A stretch of DNA of 53,490 nucleotides, filler included, from Sphacelaria rigidula (taxonomy: Eukaryota): the NCBI GenBank assembly GCA_964200075.2. It is 5 parts of 5 records of this genome, joined end to end, with 100 filler letters (N's around TTAATTAATTAA, not from the genome) between each part and the next. Parts side by side here need not be neighbours in the genome. Positions count along the whole stretch, not along the records: positions 1 to 10,620 come from CAXNAA020006185.1; positions 10,721 to 21,338 come from CAXNAA020006186.1; 3 more parts are not named here. One strand, given 5' to 3'. The notes beneath the pieces were generated by a model, which was not told where the DNA came from, made no database searches, and saw only the letters and a list, made by a program, of their open reading frames with translations. A program made the position numbers and the translations under genes. Of this stretch, positions 1 through 12,211 are shown piece by piece; position 1 is the first letter of the stretch; each line of letters begins with the position of its first letter.

Positions 1-1198
1 GGGCTCGAGGCACCGCAGTGAGAACATCATGGACAATCAATCGCTCTCCCATGGACAAATTGTTGACATGGTTCCCGCTTTTTCTTCTGACCATGGTGAA
101 GTTTGACGCCGTCCGTCGCCCGCAGCTGTTCAGGGATGGGTGGCATGTGCAACCACGGACGCACTTCCTACTCCTCCCCAAAATTACACATCAGCAGCGT
201 CGTACGGTACTCTTGATGGCTTTTTTATATTCAACGGCTAGGGTCTTTAAACCTCATTTCATTGATGAACCTCATTTCATAGAATCCCCTGTTTCATAGA
301 GTTATTCTTCTATTTGCCATCTTACAGCTCATGCGTTTGGGGTTTAGGGAGATATGTTATCCTTTGGCTGTACTGTTCACAAGATTTGAGAAAGATCCGC
401 CCCAAAGCGTTTCATGCCTGCAGATGTTGAACCAGATATAGTCGCTTATTACAGTAGTCGTCAGGAGTGTTGAACACCTGAGGGTTGTGCTCCGAAATCG
501 TTCAGTTTCATATCCAAAACCCCCAACGCTAGCAGCACTTTCCCCCATTTTTCCAGTGTAATTGTTAAATTTAGTGGCAAAAAAAGGAGGGGGGGGGGGG
601 AGAAAAGAAACAACAGTCCCCAACGTAACCGAATACGAGCTGCTTTATTCAACGATACGAAGTGGGAAGCCCCGATGAATGCTTTTCAGAGTGCTACACC
701 AGGGACGATCCTTGTCTGTTGTGGGTACCGGTGATAGGCATATGTCAACTTTAGTCATCCAGTGACGACTGATTGTGACCTGACAGCACTGGTACACACT
801 AAATACGCGCACAATGAATCAGCACACACCATGCTATTTTTGCAGGGTCATTTCTGCTCGAACAGTACGAACAGAGACTGTCGCGAGTACGCTCGATCAT
901 ACGGTTGCAGACGCTGGGGAAAGGCCAGTCTCAACTTATAACGATGGTAAAGATTTGCCTTTTGTAGCCCTGATTGATATCGGAGATTGACTTCCAGGAC
1001 ACTCACTGCATATAAACATCCGGTATTCAATACACACCACAGGTTATGGACTGGGCACCAAAACCCCTTTGCCCCCCCCCGCCCGACAAAAGAGTCGATA
1101 CCGGTGGCCCGTACCCTACTGTTGATCCTGTGTGAGACGTTCGTCATGCCTAAACTAATTTGCAGTCAAAAGGGGGGGGGAGCCCCGCAGCACCATGA

Positions 1199-1735
1199 GT
1201 GAGATATTTATGTATATTACTCAAGTTATCAATGGACTACCGACCCGCAAATCACCCAGGTCAAAGTACCTTTGAATGGGCAGGTGCATGGATGCTTGAT
1301 ACATTGCCCGACAAGTGGGACGGGTATGCAGACCCAACGTGTTGGATTAAACGTACACTCCCGGATTCATCCGTCCCTTCCGACATGCCCTTATTTCAAA
1401 AACTCTTTGGCCGTACTCTCCCGGCTGCCCTAGACACTCTTGAACAACAAATGAGCGGCACTGACACCGCGTTAGGTCTAGAGAATTTCGTGAAACAAAC
1501 ATTAAAACATGAACCAGACCAGGTTAAGGTAGTCCCAAAAGCCAGACAGGGAAACAAGCAAAAGACCAGACAAACGCGGAGTGCAAGCATCACAAGACAC
1601 GTCCCGGGAACGTCGGCGAGAGAGTGGAGACAGGTAAGTTATATGATTACTTTGATCCATACGAGCGTGTGGGATACCCGTACGACGAGTGGTTGGAATT
1701 CAGCTGGGGGCAACTTCGTAAAATTAGCAGTATAA
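1199..1735 (+). other. Uncharacterised ORF inside a probable LTR-element remnant
   Basis: 178-codon ORF with no recognisable motif. It lies upstream of tandem repeats and a polypurine tract. Confidence 0.2.
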
Positions 1736-1937
1736 AGTGGGAGGTATCCAGTACACACCGACAACGGGTTGCAAACTATAGGTAGCAGGAGCCATGCCAC
1801 CAGACGCGCACCCCCCCGGAGTGAGTGGTTTACAGGTGGAGAACCTGATACAGGATGAACAAGGGTGGAACATTCACTCAAGCTCAGAGATGCAGAAGAA
1901 GATGATAAAGTTACCTGGCCCTCGGGTACAGCCGAAT

Positions 1938-2150
1938 CTGGGTGCAGCCGAAACGGGCCTCTATCCCGTACTTTCCCGGTGGAAAGCCGTAGAGAAGTGT
2001 GTATGAAACTGGGTGCAGCCGAAACGGGTCTTTATCCTGTATGTTTCTTCTAGGGAACTGCAGGGAAGGGTGTACGAAACTGGGTGCAGCCGTAACGGGT
2101 CTCTATCCCGTATTTTCCTCGTGTGAAACTACGAGGACGTGTGTATGAAG
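1938..2150 (+). repeat. Tandem repeat, 3 x 71 bp
   Basis: CTGGGTGCAGCCG(A/T)AACGGG(C/T)CT(C/T)TATCC(C/T)GTA starts at 1938, 2009 and 2080. Confidence 0.9.
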
Positions 2151-2235
2151 CGCCGCTGTAATGTCACACGGTCCCTGGTTGATTGCGCTAGTCTCAACCC
2201 GATTAGGTATGCCTGGTAAAACACTTGGCAAATCT

Positions 2236-2698
2236 AAAAGGGGGGATTTTACAGGATAAATAATGACCCTGTAGAAGAGACAATAAAGTGATCCAACTGC
2301 GGGTCTGACACCTTAACCCGCTCGAGGATGAGACAGTGAAAACATGGGATAGGCAACTGCGCCTGTGATGAACTGCACTCCACCATTGCTGACCACTGAA
2401 TGCGACACCATCTACCCTTCACCAAGGATAAGCCATACGCTATACGCAGTGCTCATTGCGTGCCGCTCTTCTGCAAAGCTGTAGTCGACTCAAGAAGCAA
2501 AAGGTATGGATGGTCTTGGCGTTATGTAAAGAGCTTGTATCATTACGGTAGCCGTCGCATACTGTTGTACAGGGTCCTAGGATGCCTTGCGTACCCGAAG
2601 CAACCCATCTAGAGGCTACCTTCCACACCCAACCAATGCATTTACTTTTCTTCTGCGACACCTGTGCCCGGTTGGAATATTGCTGCGACATATTCATT
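2236..2698 (+). mobile_element. Polypurine tract plus probable 3' LTR abutting the EsV-1-7 array
   Basis: AAAAGGGGGGA at 2236-2246 is followed by ~450 bp of non-coding sequence ending where the EsV-1-7 repeats begin. No second LTR is available for confirmation. Confidence 0.35.
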
Positions 2699-2699
2699 C

Positions 2700-4826
2700 A
2701 CTGCCGTTGAAGGGGATCATCCCGGCGCGGGAGTTTGTAGTGCAGAACTTCGCCTTCCCGCTAACAGCAGCACCGAGCGATGGATGTTTCAAGCAGCCCT
2801 GCATGTTGGCTCCGCTTGTATGTAACATTGACCATACCCGTCCGGGCGTGTGCGGCGCAGAACTCCGCCTTTCCACCACCGGCAGCACCGAACGATGGAA
2901 CTGTGGAACAGCCTCGCTTGCCGCAGCACTTGCGTACTACGCTGACCATACCCGCCCGGGCGTGTGTGTCGCAGAACTCCGCCCCCCCGCCAACGGCAGA
3001 AGCGAATATGGCTGTTTGGAGCATCCCTGCGTGCCGCACCGCTTGCTGATAACATCGACCATACCCGCCCGAGCGTGTGTAGCGCAGAACCCCGCCTTCC
3101 CGCCAACGGCGGCACCGAACGATGGCCGTTCGGAGCATCCCTGCGTGCCGCACCGCTTGCTTATGACATCGATCATACCCGCCCGGGAGTGTGCGGCGCA
3201 GAACTCCGCCTTCCCGCCAACGGCAGCACCAAACGATGGAGCTGTGGAGCAGCCCTGCGTCCCGCACCGCTTGCTGATAACATCGACCATACCCACTCGG
3301 GCGTGTGCGACGCAGAACTCCGCCTTCCCGCCAACGGCAGCACCGAACGATGGAACTGTGGTGCAGCCCTGCTTGCTGCACCACTTCCTCTTTGCAGCGA
3401 CCATGCCCGCCCGGGCGTGTGCGGCGCAGAACTTCGCCTTCCCGCCACAGGTGGCACCGAGCGATGGAATTGTGATGCAGCCCTGCTTGCTGCACCACTT
3501 CCTCTTTACAGCGACCATGCCCGCCCGAGCGTGTGTAGCGCAGAACTTCGCCTTCCCGCCACCGGCAGCACCGAACGACGGATGTTTTAAGCAGCCCTGC
3601 TTACCGCACCGCTTGTATAAAATATTGACCATGCCCGCCCGGGCGTGTGTGGAGCAGAACTCCACCTTCTCGCCAACGGCAGCACCGAACGATGGAGTGG
3701 TGGAGCAGCCCTGCTTGCTGCACCACTTCCTCTTCACGTCGACCATGCCCGCCCAAGCGTGTGTAGCGCACAACTCCGCCTCCCCACCACTGGCGGCACC
3801 GAACGATGCATGTTTCAAGCAGCCCTGGTTACTGCATCACTTCCTGTTTACACTCATCATACCCGCTCGGGCGTGTGCGGCGCAGAACCCCGCCTTAACG
3901 GCACAGGTGGAACCGAACGATGCGTGTTTCAAGCAGCCCTGCTTGCTGCACCGTTTCCTCTTTACAGAGACCATTCTCACCGGAGCGTGTGTAGCGCAGA
4001 ACTCCGCCTTCCCGCCAACGGCAGCACCGAACGATGGAACTGTGGAGCAGCCCTGCTTGCTGCACCACTTCCTCTTTACACTCATCATACCCGCTCGGGC
4101 GTGTGCGGCGCAGAACTCCGCCTTCCCGCCACCGGCAGCACCGAACGACGGAATTGTGGTGCAGCCCTGCTTGCTGCACCACTTCCTCTTTACAGCGACC
4201 ACACCCGCCCGGGCGTGTGCGGCGCAGAACTCCGCCTTCCCGCCAACGGCAGCACCAAACGACGGAACTGTGGTGCAGCCCTGCTTGCTGCACCACTTCC
4301 TCTTTACAGCGACCATACCCGCCCGGGCGTGTGCGGCGCAGAACTTCGCCTTCCCGCCAACGGCAGCACCGAACGACGGAATTGTGATGCAGCCCTGCTT
4401 GCTGCACCACTTCCTCTTTACAGCGACCATACCCGCCGAGCGTGTGTAGCGCAGAACTTCGCCTTCCCGCCACCGGCAGGCACCGAACGATGGATGTTTC
4501 AAGCAGCCCTGCTCGCCGCACCACTTGTATAAAACATTGACCATGCCCGCCCGGGCGTGTGCGGCGCAGAACTCCGCCTTCCCGCCAACGGCAGCACCGA
4601 ACGATGGAATTGTGGAGCAGCCCTAAATGCCACAACGCTTGCTTCTTACATTCACTATGCCCGTCCGGGTGTGTGTGGCGAAGGATTCCGCCCTTCTGCT
4701 ATCCACTACGCCATATGATGCACTTGTGGCGCCCGTGCGGGTACGTTCAATGGGCATACTCTGCGCGACTGCAATCAAAAAGGAGCCAAGGTCGCGGGCG
4801 TCTCGCTGCTCGTGCTTCACCCGCAC
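2700..4826 (-). pseudogene. EsV-1-7 domain repeat protein (about 18 tandem 114-bp / 38-aa Cys/His repeats), disrupted
   Basis: Repeat consensus KRKWCSKQGCTTxPSFGAAVGGKAEFCAAHARAGMV matches the EsV-1-7 motif (C-x4-C...PSFG...FC-x2-H...GMV). In-frame stops at 4623-4625 (TAG) and 3837-3839 (TGA), a compensating indel pair near 4436/4479, and a frameshift near 3007. No introns. Confidence 0.9.
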
Positions 4827-5399
4827 CGTTACACACCGCGCGAGAGAACAAGCTCACTAATCCAGCAACAGCCTGCACAAATCAACCAGCAAAGGTAACG
4901 ATAGGTTGTGTAAAAGGGGACGGTGGATTAGCCGCCATCATATTATCTCGGCCGCGAATAGACGTATCGACTACAGTGGACTGACAAGCTTACGTTGGAT
5001 TTAGCAGGCAATTTGGGTACAGCTACTGCAGCATGATTGCTACCGAGGGAATGACGTCTTCTGTAAAATATTTCACCCCCAGTACACGTACAGGTGAATG
5101 GTGATGCTGTTCGTTGATGCCACGGTTTAGGCATGATGTATACATGAGATTGAATCAATGGAGTTTATATGGAGTGTGGCCATCGCTTCTTCTCACATAA
5201 CATATATGTGAGGGGGGACCGATCACTTCCGGTAACGAACTTATTTTTTGAAGTCTCCAAGCTCTAGTGAGCGAGCAATCCCTTGCAGCAGTTCTTTGAC
5301 CTCACTGTGACTTGACATAGGTCTGAAGTATACGTTTACAAGGAACCCACGTTCCCTAGGTGAGGATTGTATCCGGCTGCAAGGTGCCGTGCAGTTGTA

Positions 5400-8300
5400 C
5401 GAGGTGTGTCGTCTGTGCAAAGCGATGGCGCTCGTCGAAGCACATAGGGACGGATACGTTTTCTAGAAAGCACTGCGCGAGAGCTACGTTGGAAGGATGC
5501 CAGCGCGCAGGAGAGGTGGCGGGAGCGAGCGACTTGATGGGGTGAAGCTTAGTCTCACTGAGTTGACCGTAAGAGGATCGCTGAAGCCATCAAAACACCG
5601 GTGTTCTTTCAGGGGGAGTGCATTGTGTCATTTTTTTTAAAGCATGAAGGATGTGAAGGAGCTTTTACAGAGAAGCAACGAGAATCGGACAGTCCAGGGT
5701 GCCTTATTGACCGTAACTGAGGTAGCGCCAACGCACATTCGCGCATTGCTTTCCCAGACACTCTAAGACGTAACGGGTGTGAACGATGATCAAGTTGGGC
5801 AGGCGGTCGGCAGACATGCAAAGTATTGGCCATACAGCGATAGTCCCTTCAGTCGCTGCAGCTATTGTACTCTCAAATAATGCTTGGTCGAAAACGCGAG
5901 TGCGGAGCGTGCGGTCCGCGAGTATCGTACGTTCAAAGCAGGGGCCGCAGAAATTAAAACGCGCGCGAGCTATGCCCGTCAGTGCGACCCCGCCGAGTTC
6001 AAAACGAACGATACTGCATATGAATGGGATGTGTCCTGAGGACCCTATGCTGGTCCACGACGTGTCTCGTGAAGCAGCATAAGCATGGAAGGCGGCGAAG
6101 CAGGATGATAAGCAGCGCCGTCACCAGCCGCAGCTGAAGCAGATGAGGGGCAGCGATACTTCTGGGTCAAAGCCAACAGCCGGGTGGAAGAGCGGCGATT
6201 CCCCGAAATGGGACTGCCAGCTTCGGCGAATCTCTGAAACCGAGCTGAGCGGATTGCTTTTTTTAACGCGGACATAAAGACTACTTCCGGAGGGATTCCA
6301 ATAAGCTAGGCAAAGCTCCTGCTCCATAGGATACTGCTAGTGGGCAGACGAAGGCCGGCCACACGCAGCAGCAACAGCAGTAGCGGTTACAGGGTGCGGG
6401 ACAGGTACCTCGTGTAGGGGGCGAGGGTCCCGCCACTACATGGGCTGTGTTTACAGGAGATGCGAGGGGTACCCCCAGTTGTCGAGCGATGCTGCCGCCC
6501 GAGCCCGCCGTTTCTACTGATGGCGTACAGCATAGCATGTCTGCTGAAACAGTCCGGGGATGAAAATCTGAGACAGTGCCGGCGTGGAGATCGGTTGAAC
6601 TGGTGAGGAATCAGAGTTTCCGTCTTGAGGGTCGGGTCGTGGATACCAAAGAAAAGTGGTGCCTCGCGTGCTTTTCTATAGCGAGTGCACGGCCACAGGG
6701 TGTATGTTAAGACGGAGTAGTTGGCACGCTGCAAAGCGATGATGGTGACGCTCGGGCTCGGGGATCGCAATTTACAGGCAGTGTAAACGAGAGCGGCGAT
6801 TGTGACGCCCAATAATGGCGACTCGCGACTGGTGAGTGACTACCGTGAGGTAAAATAGCGAATTGATAAGGCCCAGCGTGTGATGTAATACTACGATTAC
6901 GCGGAAATGGTAAATTTGCGGGGGCGGGGGCTGCTTGTTTGGGCAAGCTTGATAGGCTGTACGGGTACTGGGAGGTACCGTCAGCGGCCGATGATCGAGT
7001 CATTTCTCACCATTGCGACCCCGGACGACCCGTTCACGCCTACGTGGGTACTAAAAAAGCATACTCAACGCTACGAGGTACTTCAAGGGCACCATGATTA
7101 AGCTTTAGCTTGACTTCACTGCACGTTGTGGGCAGCTGACATCTTGTGGGGGCAGGCCAATGAAGACGACTTACTTCCTCTGTCCCATAAGCAATACCTA
7201 AATTTGTACGGACCCGTAACGATGTCCGATCGTTTTCTTTTTAATAAACTCTACGTGTTTTTTAGGTGAAGAAAATGTGTTCAGAATTTGCAGCTCGTGC
7301 TTGAACCATTCCGCCGAACGGCTGCAAAAAAAGTAGTCGGCCCCAAAATTGCCATGTTTTGTCTCTTTCCGAGGGGAAAAAAAGTGTCGATTTATAAAAC
7401 AAAAAAATCCCGTGGGACTTCCTGGCAGCCCCAGTGAAAAGGCGGGGGCAATTAAAAAAGATTGCAAAAAAAATCGACACTTTTTCCCCCCTCGGAAAGG
7501 GACAAAAAAACGGCCATTTTGGGGCCGACTACTTTTTTTGCAGCCGTTCGGCGGCATGGTTCAAGCACGAGCTGCAGATGTGAAAAACATTTTCTTGACC
7601 CAAAAATCACCGTAGAGTTCATTAAAAAAAAACACGATCGGACATCATTAAGGGCACGAACAAAGTTAGATACCTTTACTTATGAGACAGGAAGTATTGT
7701 GCACGCTGGACGCGATTTGAGGTCGCGTGGAGAATGCGGTCTTCCTGTAGCTGCAAACAAGTGTATGTTCCATGACGCGCAAATTACATGGTGCGGCAAG
7801 GTGCTCTCGGGTGGATAGGTGGACCACGACCGCAAGGAGCTGCGATGTTTGGCGAATACTACGAGGCGTCCTCGAGCCGCGGGCGAGCTGATGCAGTTCC
7901 TGCAGGCCATGAACTGGCTGCGGATTCCTCTGCATCGTCTGGTCGAGATGAAGCCACTTCATGTCTTGCCAGAGGAGCACGTGGCGGGTCACGTGAGCCG
8001 TACTAAGCGGGTTATTGTACTTCTAATAGGACGATCAAATAAGTGACGTGGGCGTTCGAGCGTGCGCGAGCGTGGACCAAGGCGCAAGATTTGGTGGCAC
8101 ATCCTGTTGCCTTTTCTCATCCCAAGAAGGGATACGAGGTGATAATATTTTCCGACGCGTCGAATCTTGGTTGTGGTGGTTTCGTGACGTACGTGCCGAG
8201 AGATGGGATGGACACCGCGACGTCGCGGTTGAAGACAAGAGGCTGGATGTCCAGGGGTTGTGGCATCGTTAGAGGGGTTGCAGGACTATTGTTGCTGGTT

Positions 8301-9480
8301 CCGGATGAAGATCCATAGGACCGACTTTATGAAGCAGTGCCTGCACTGATTCAATTGCAAGGTGGGGGAGAAAATCGCGCGTCCCCTCGACTAGACGGTG
8401 CACGGTCATCGCCCGCGGAAGGTGGGGCATTTTGATTCCACCACTTCAGCGAGTGTGGTTCTCAGGGGAAAAGTGGATTCGACGGAGACGGTTTCAGGTT
8501 ATGTCTCGATGACGGACGATCTGAGCAACTTCGTGTGGTCTTCGCCTGCGGGAACCAGCAACGACGGTGAATCATCTATCGACTTAGTGAAAGACGCCGG
8601 GGCCGATGGAGATATGGGTCCGCGATACTGCGTCGCATTTCAACAAGCATGGGATGGAAGCGCTCGAGAAGGCGCTGGCTCTGAAGCTGGATCGGGTATT
8701 CGCGGTGGCCACGTCGCCATCGTCTAATGGTACGAATGAGCGAATGATGCGTGAGACTGTAGAAACCTTGAAGGTCATGTTGCAGAAGGAAACGCGCGAT
8801 GTTCGTCACTAGGTGGGCTTATTGCCCGCCGAGTAATCGGCATTGAACACCGCTTTCCGAGACCACTATGCACGCAGGCCGAACCACGTGATGTCTAGCC
8901 GAGCACCGCGAACGAGTATCTCCACGGCGGCAACGTCAACTGGAAGCGACTGGAAAATCGATGTGCTTAAACACCCTTTCAGCAAAAGGTGGCATTAACT
9001 GTCGAGCCACAGCGAGAGTTGAACGAGAAGGTAGCGCTGTGCGTCGGGAGTAATCGCGAGCTGCAGAGATTCGTGGCCAGGAAGGGGCAGCTTCCAAACT
9101 CTGCAGTTGGTGATCACGTGCTGGTTGCAAGGGTGAGACGGTCGGGGACAAAGCCGAAGCTCGTAGGCACGCGGATGAGCTTGGCCTTGGCCGTGGCGGA
9201 TCGTCGCGGCGGAGAATGAGCACGCTTACGCGGTCACCAGCATTGGCACGGGCGAGGAACAGGGCGTACATGTCCCTTGCCCTCGATTTTACGCGAACAA
9301 GGAACTAGAGGTTATTGTTGAGCTGAAGGAGGGGTTCCAGCACTCGTTTGCACAACGAGAGTTCTAGATGGCGGCTGTCGTCGGCATATTTGAGGTTAAG
9401 GCAGGAGATGGACTCAGTGAGCGAGTGAACTGGGTCGTTTGGCCGGCATAATAACTCGTCAGGGCCGTGAGTGACTCGTT
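5400..9480 (+). mobile_element. Degenerate Ty3/Gypsy LTR retrotransposon (gag, RT, RNase H and integrase remnants; possible chromodomain)
   Basis: Colinear similarity to 47460-51135. Fragments include FTIATPDDPFTP, NKCMFHDAQITWCGKV, QFLQAMNWLR, IIFSDAS and SNGTNERMMRE. Protease region missing; many stops and frameshifts. Confidence 0.85.
7174..7694. mobile_element. Stowaway-like (Tc1/mariner-derived) MITE inserted in the Gypsy RT
   Basis: Flanked by TA (7172-7173 and 7695-7696). Termini CTTCCTCTGTCCCATAAG...CTTATGAGACAGGAAG, with ~220-bp inverted arms. Excising it restores EDDLLCTLD, matching EGDLLCALD in the second Gypsy copy. Confidence 0.92.
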
Positions 9481-9499
9481 GGGAAGGGAACCCATATTT

Positions 9500-9772
9500 C
9501 ATTTTAGGACAATGGACAGAAAAGGGTGCACCCTGGTGCTTTTGGAAGAGAAGATGGACGCTTTTTTCGCCTTGAGGCGCGGCGCTGAACGCGGGCTGAA
9601 CACCTCGAGAACACGTTCCTGCGCCCCATCTCCGTGCTCAGGGTGTCTGGGCAGCATGCCCGATCATTCTTTTCATTTTCACAAGTGTTACTAGGCTGAG
9701 CCACGGCGCCGAAAATGAGCGCCTGTGAGAGTACCCTTTTTGTAAACAAACCAGGAGGGAACGTACACCCTG
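9500..9772. mobile_element. hAT-like non-autonomous element fragment
   Basis: 9510-9700 is an inverted homolog of 39880-40070. It ends in TACACCCTG, a CAGGG-type terminus. Confidence 0.55.
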
Positions 9773-10620
9773 CCCTCTGCTGAAACATTCATGTGTTACC
9801 CGTTTTTTTCATATGTTAATCCTTTTCTGTGTAATGGTGACCGTACAGCCGGCTCAGCAGAAGATAGGCTGAGCAGTCACAACCATAGCTATTTTCGATT
9901 GAATTATACCCCGCCAAAAAAGGCCGAAACCCAACGACCAATGGAGTGTAGCCCCCTGCTATTTGGACCGAGGATCCGGAAGATCCAACGATGCATACAG
10001 GGCGCTTGTGTGCCGGAGCTCACAAAGATCCCACGAACATGTGTGAAAATCTTGGCGACACACACGCCCGAACGGCGTCAGGTGGTGACAACATCAGACC
10101 GCTGGGGAATTTGCAATTTGCAGCTTGGAAAACAAAGATGGGCACCGACAGGATTCCGGTTTGGAGCAAGAACGCCTAACTCCGATGACGTAGACTGTAC
10201 AATTGAATGTCCTCCAATCCTCGCTGTTTCATCCATAATCATGTCAGACCAGCACTACGAGCTGGACAAGCCTAGGAACGGATCGTACTTCGCAGTTCAA
10301 TTTTCACCTCATTTTTTAGAGTTGGACCCTGAAATGTTTTGGTATGGACAATGGACCACAAAAAGAAAAAGTACAGACCCAAAGATTTCTTCTTCCTTGA
10401 CGGCATTCTACTGAAACCTGAAAAGTGACAATGGCCTTCAACTTATCAGGTCTCCATGGCCTGCTAAGGGAGGAGGCCCTTGAAGCGTTCATGTGACCTC
10501 GTTTTGAGTTTAGGCAGGTCTATACTCCTCTATTACAAGTTTAGTGCCGCTCAAAGCAGGTGTGTGTTGTGTGTTGTCGTCCCATTTATTCTGGGCGCCA
10601 GTCTACCCCTTTCAGGATAT

Positions 10621-10720
10621 NNNNNNNNNNNNNNNNNNNNNNNNNNNNNNNNNNNNNNNNNNNNTTAATTAATTAANNNNNNNNNNNNNNNNNNNNNNNN
10701 NNNNNNNNNNNNNNNNNNNN
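10621..10720. other. Artificial contig linker N44-TTAATTAATTAA-N44
   Basis: Seen directly; the 12-mer places stops in all six frames. Confidence 0.98.
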
Positions 10721-11565
10721 CTCGGCACGGCGTATAAAACTCAGGGGTATCTGCCTCTAACATATGGAGAACATAAACTAGCGGTTTTTTCCGGCCTTGG
10801 TGCCAGCCTCGACTAACAGGGGGGCAATGTAAACAACAAGGATGACAAGATCTACTCCTGTCTCCGCGCGGATTTCATACCGTTACCCTCTAGAACTGTC
10901 ATCAGAAAGTATTCTTGTTTTCGGAATCACTGCAGCATCGTGCATAATCATCCTTTCAAGCCACGCAGCGCACAAAACGCCCTGGTTCACCGAAACTGCT
11001 GCCTGCGTCAACACCTACCTGCGGCTTCAGTCCACACATACGTAAAGTTTCAGTATCATCAGACGCCTGGTGTACTGTGTTGGGGCGCCTAATCTACAAA
11101 AATACCGCCTCCATAATATTGAAAAGGAATAACACTGCTACTCGCTCTCACAGACGCGCAACTTTCGACTGCAAGGTGATACCAACAGCCGCACTCGCAT
11201 TTTGCGCCAAACCCGTGTTGAGTCAGGAACCTGCCGAAACCCGCGTTGAGGCAGGACCCACCTTATCCTCGTCGAGGCGCAAGTATGAAATAGTTGTTTG
11301 GCTTATCACTTCGTCGAAATGCAGATTCACCACTGTTGCACATGAAATAAATATAGAGTACTTTGTTTAGTGCAGTATAATGCGCAGACAGTACTGTAGT
11401 GCACCACGTAGTCAGTAGGAACTTGCAGAACAACACAGAACAAAACATGAAATGGTTCTGGGTGCATGTAACGTGCATGTACTACTGTCTGCACATACTG
11501 TCTGCTCATCTGAGGTCTACCGCCGCCTGTTGCCATCCACGTGTCCACCTGCACAGGAGATGTAC

Positions 11566-12211
11566 CTTGAGAAAGTTGGAGATGTTCTCCATCTGCTTAA
11601 ACGGCATCCTGGACTCGTTGATCTTCCTCACGCTACCAGGAGAGATGCAGTTCACGAGCCTGCACAGGATTACGCCGTTTCGCAGAGCCATCCCGAAAGG
11701 TCCTTCGCATTGCTCCTTTGTGACCGTCCTGATCCACGCCTGTATGTTGGTTGTTCGTAATAAACAACGATTCCAAAAACAAAGTTGCACAAACACATTT
11801 GACGGTGGGAGATCGATCACCTGAGCCACAGGACGAGCCATCATAAAATCCTCGTCGTGTGGACATGCAATCACGACCGTTTCAAGCCCCTTGCACGGAG
11901 AGTAGCTTCATGAGGGTGCCTCAACCGCGCGATATAACAAACAAGGTGACCTCTCCTAGCACATCGCCCATATAAAGCTGTCGAGGTCGAACGCGGACTG
12001 CCTTTTAGAGGGCTTACTGAAATAGCCAAGGACACATGATTCTGGCCCAACGCTAGAAAGAATCTAGGTGGAACATAACCGACTATTCCCTTACCCTAGC
12101 GTCGTCTTCCGCCGCGTAGTCGTACTCGGCCTCACGCTTTTTTGCCAGTTCAGCATCCAGGCCATAGCCCCCACCACGAGCTCCAACCGCCTGACGGTCG
12201 AACGCAGACAT
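11566..12211 (-). CDS. Calponin/transgelin-like calponin-homology domain protein, 5' exons (12211-12095, 11739-11566); remainder not found before the contig edge
   Basis: MSAFDRQAVGARGGGYGLDAELAKKREAEYDYAAEDDAR|AWIRTVT...ALRNGVILCRLVNCISPGSVRKINESRMPFKQMENISNFLK is a classic CH motif (L+DG++LC+L+N...F+QMENI..FL). GT-AG phase-0 junctions. Confidence 0.9.

Noticed and set aside
2587-4449. 620-aa plus-strand ORF and other overlapping long ORFs
   Set aside because: Antisense or alternative-frame shadows of the 114-bp EsV-1-7 repeat, which lacks stops in those frames.
5207-5318. Possible 5' LTR (TG...CA) of the first Gypsy copy
   Set aside because: No matching 3' LTR or clear PBS.
7198-7818. Mirror-image ORFs on both strands
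   Set aside because: By-product of the palindromic MITE.
9791-10414. 207-aa ORF
   Set aside because: No recognisable motif or gene structure; lies among repeats.
10665-10676. TTAATTAATTAA palindrome recurring at a fixed interval
   Set aside because: Assembly linker, not biological.
10990-11070. Candidate third exon of the calponin gene
   Set aside because: The translation does not resemble the expected continuation of the CH domain.
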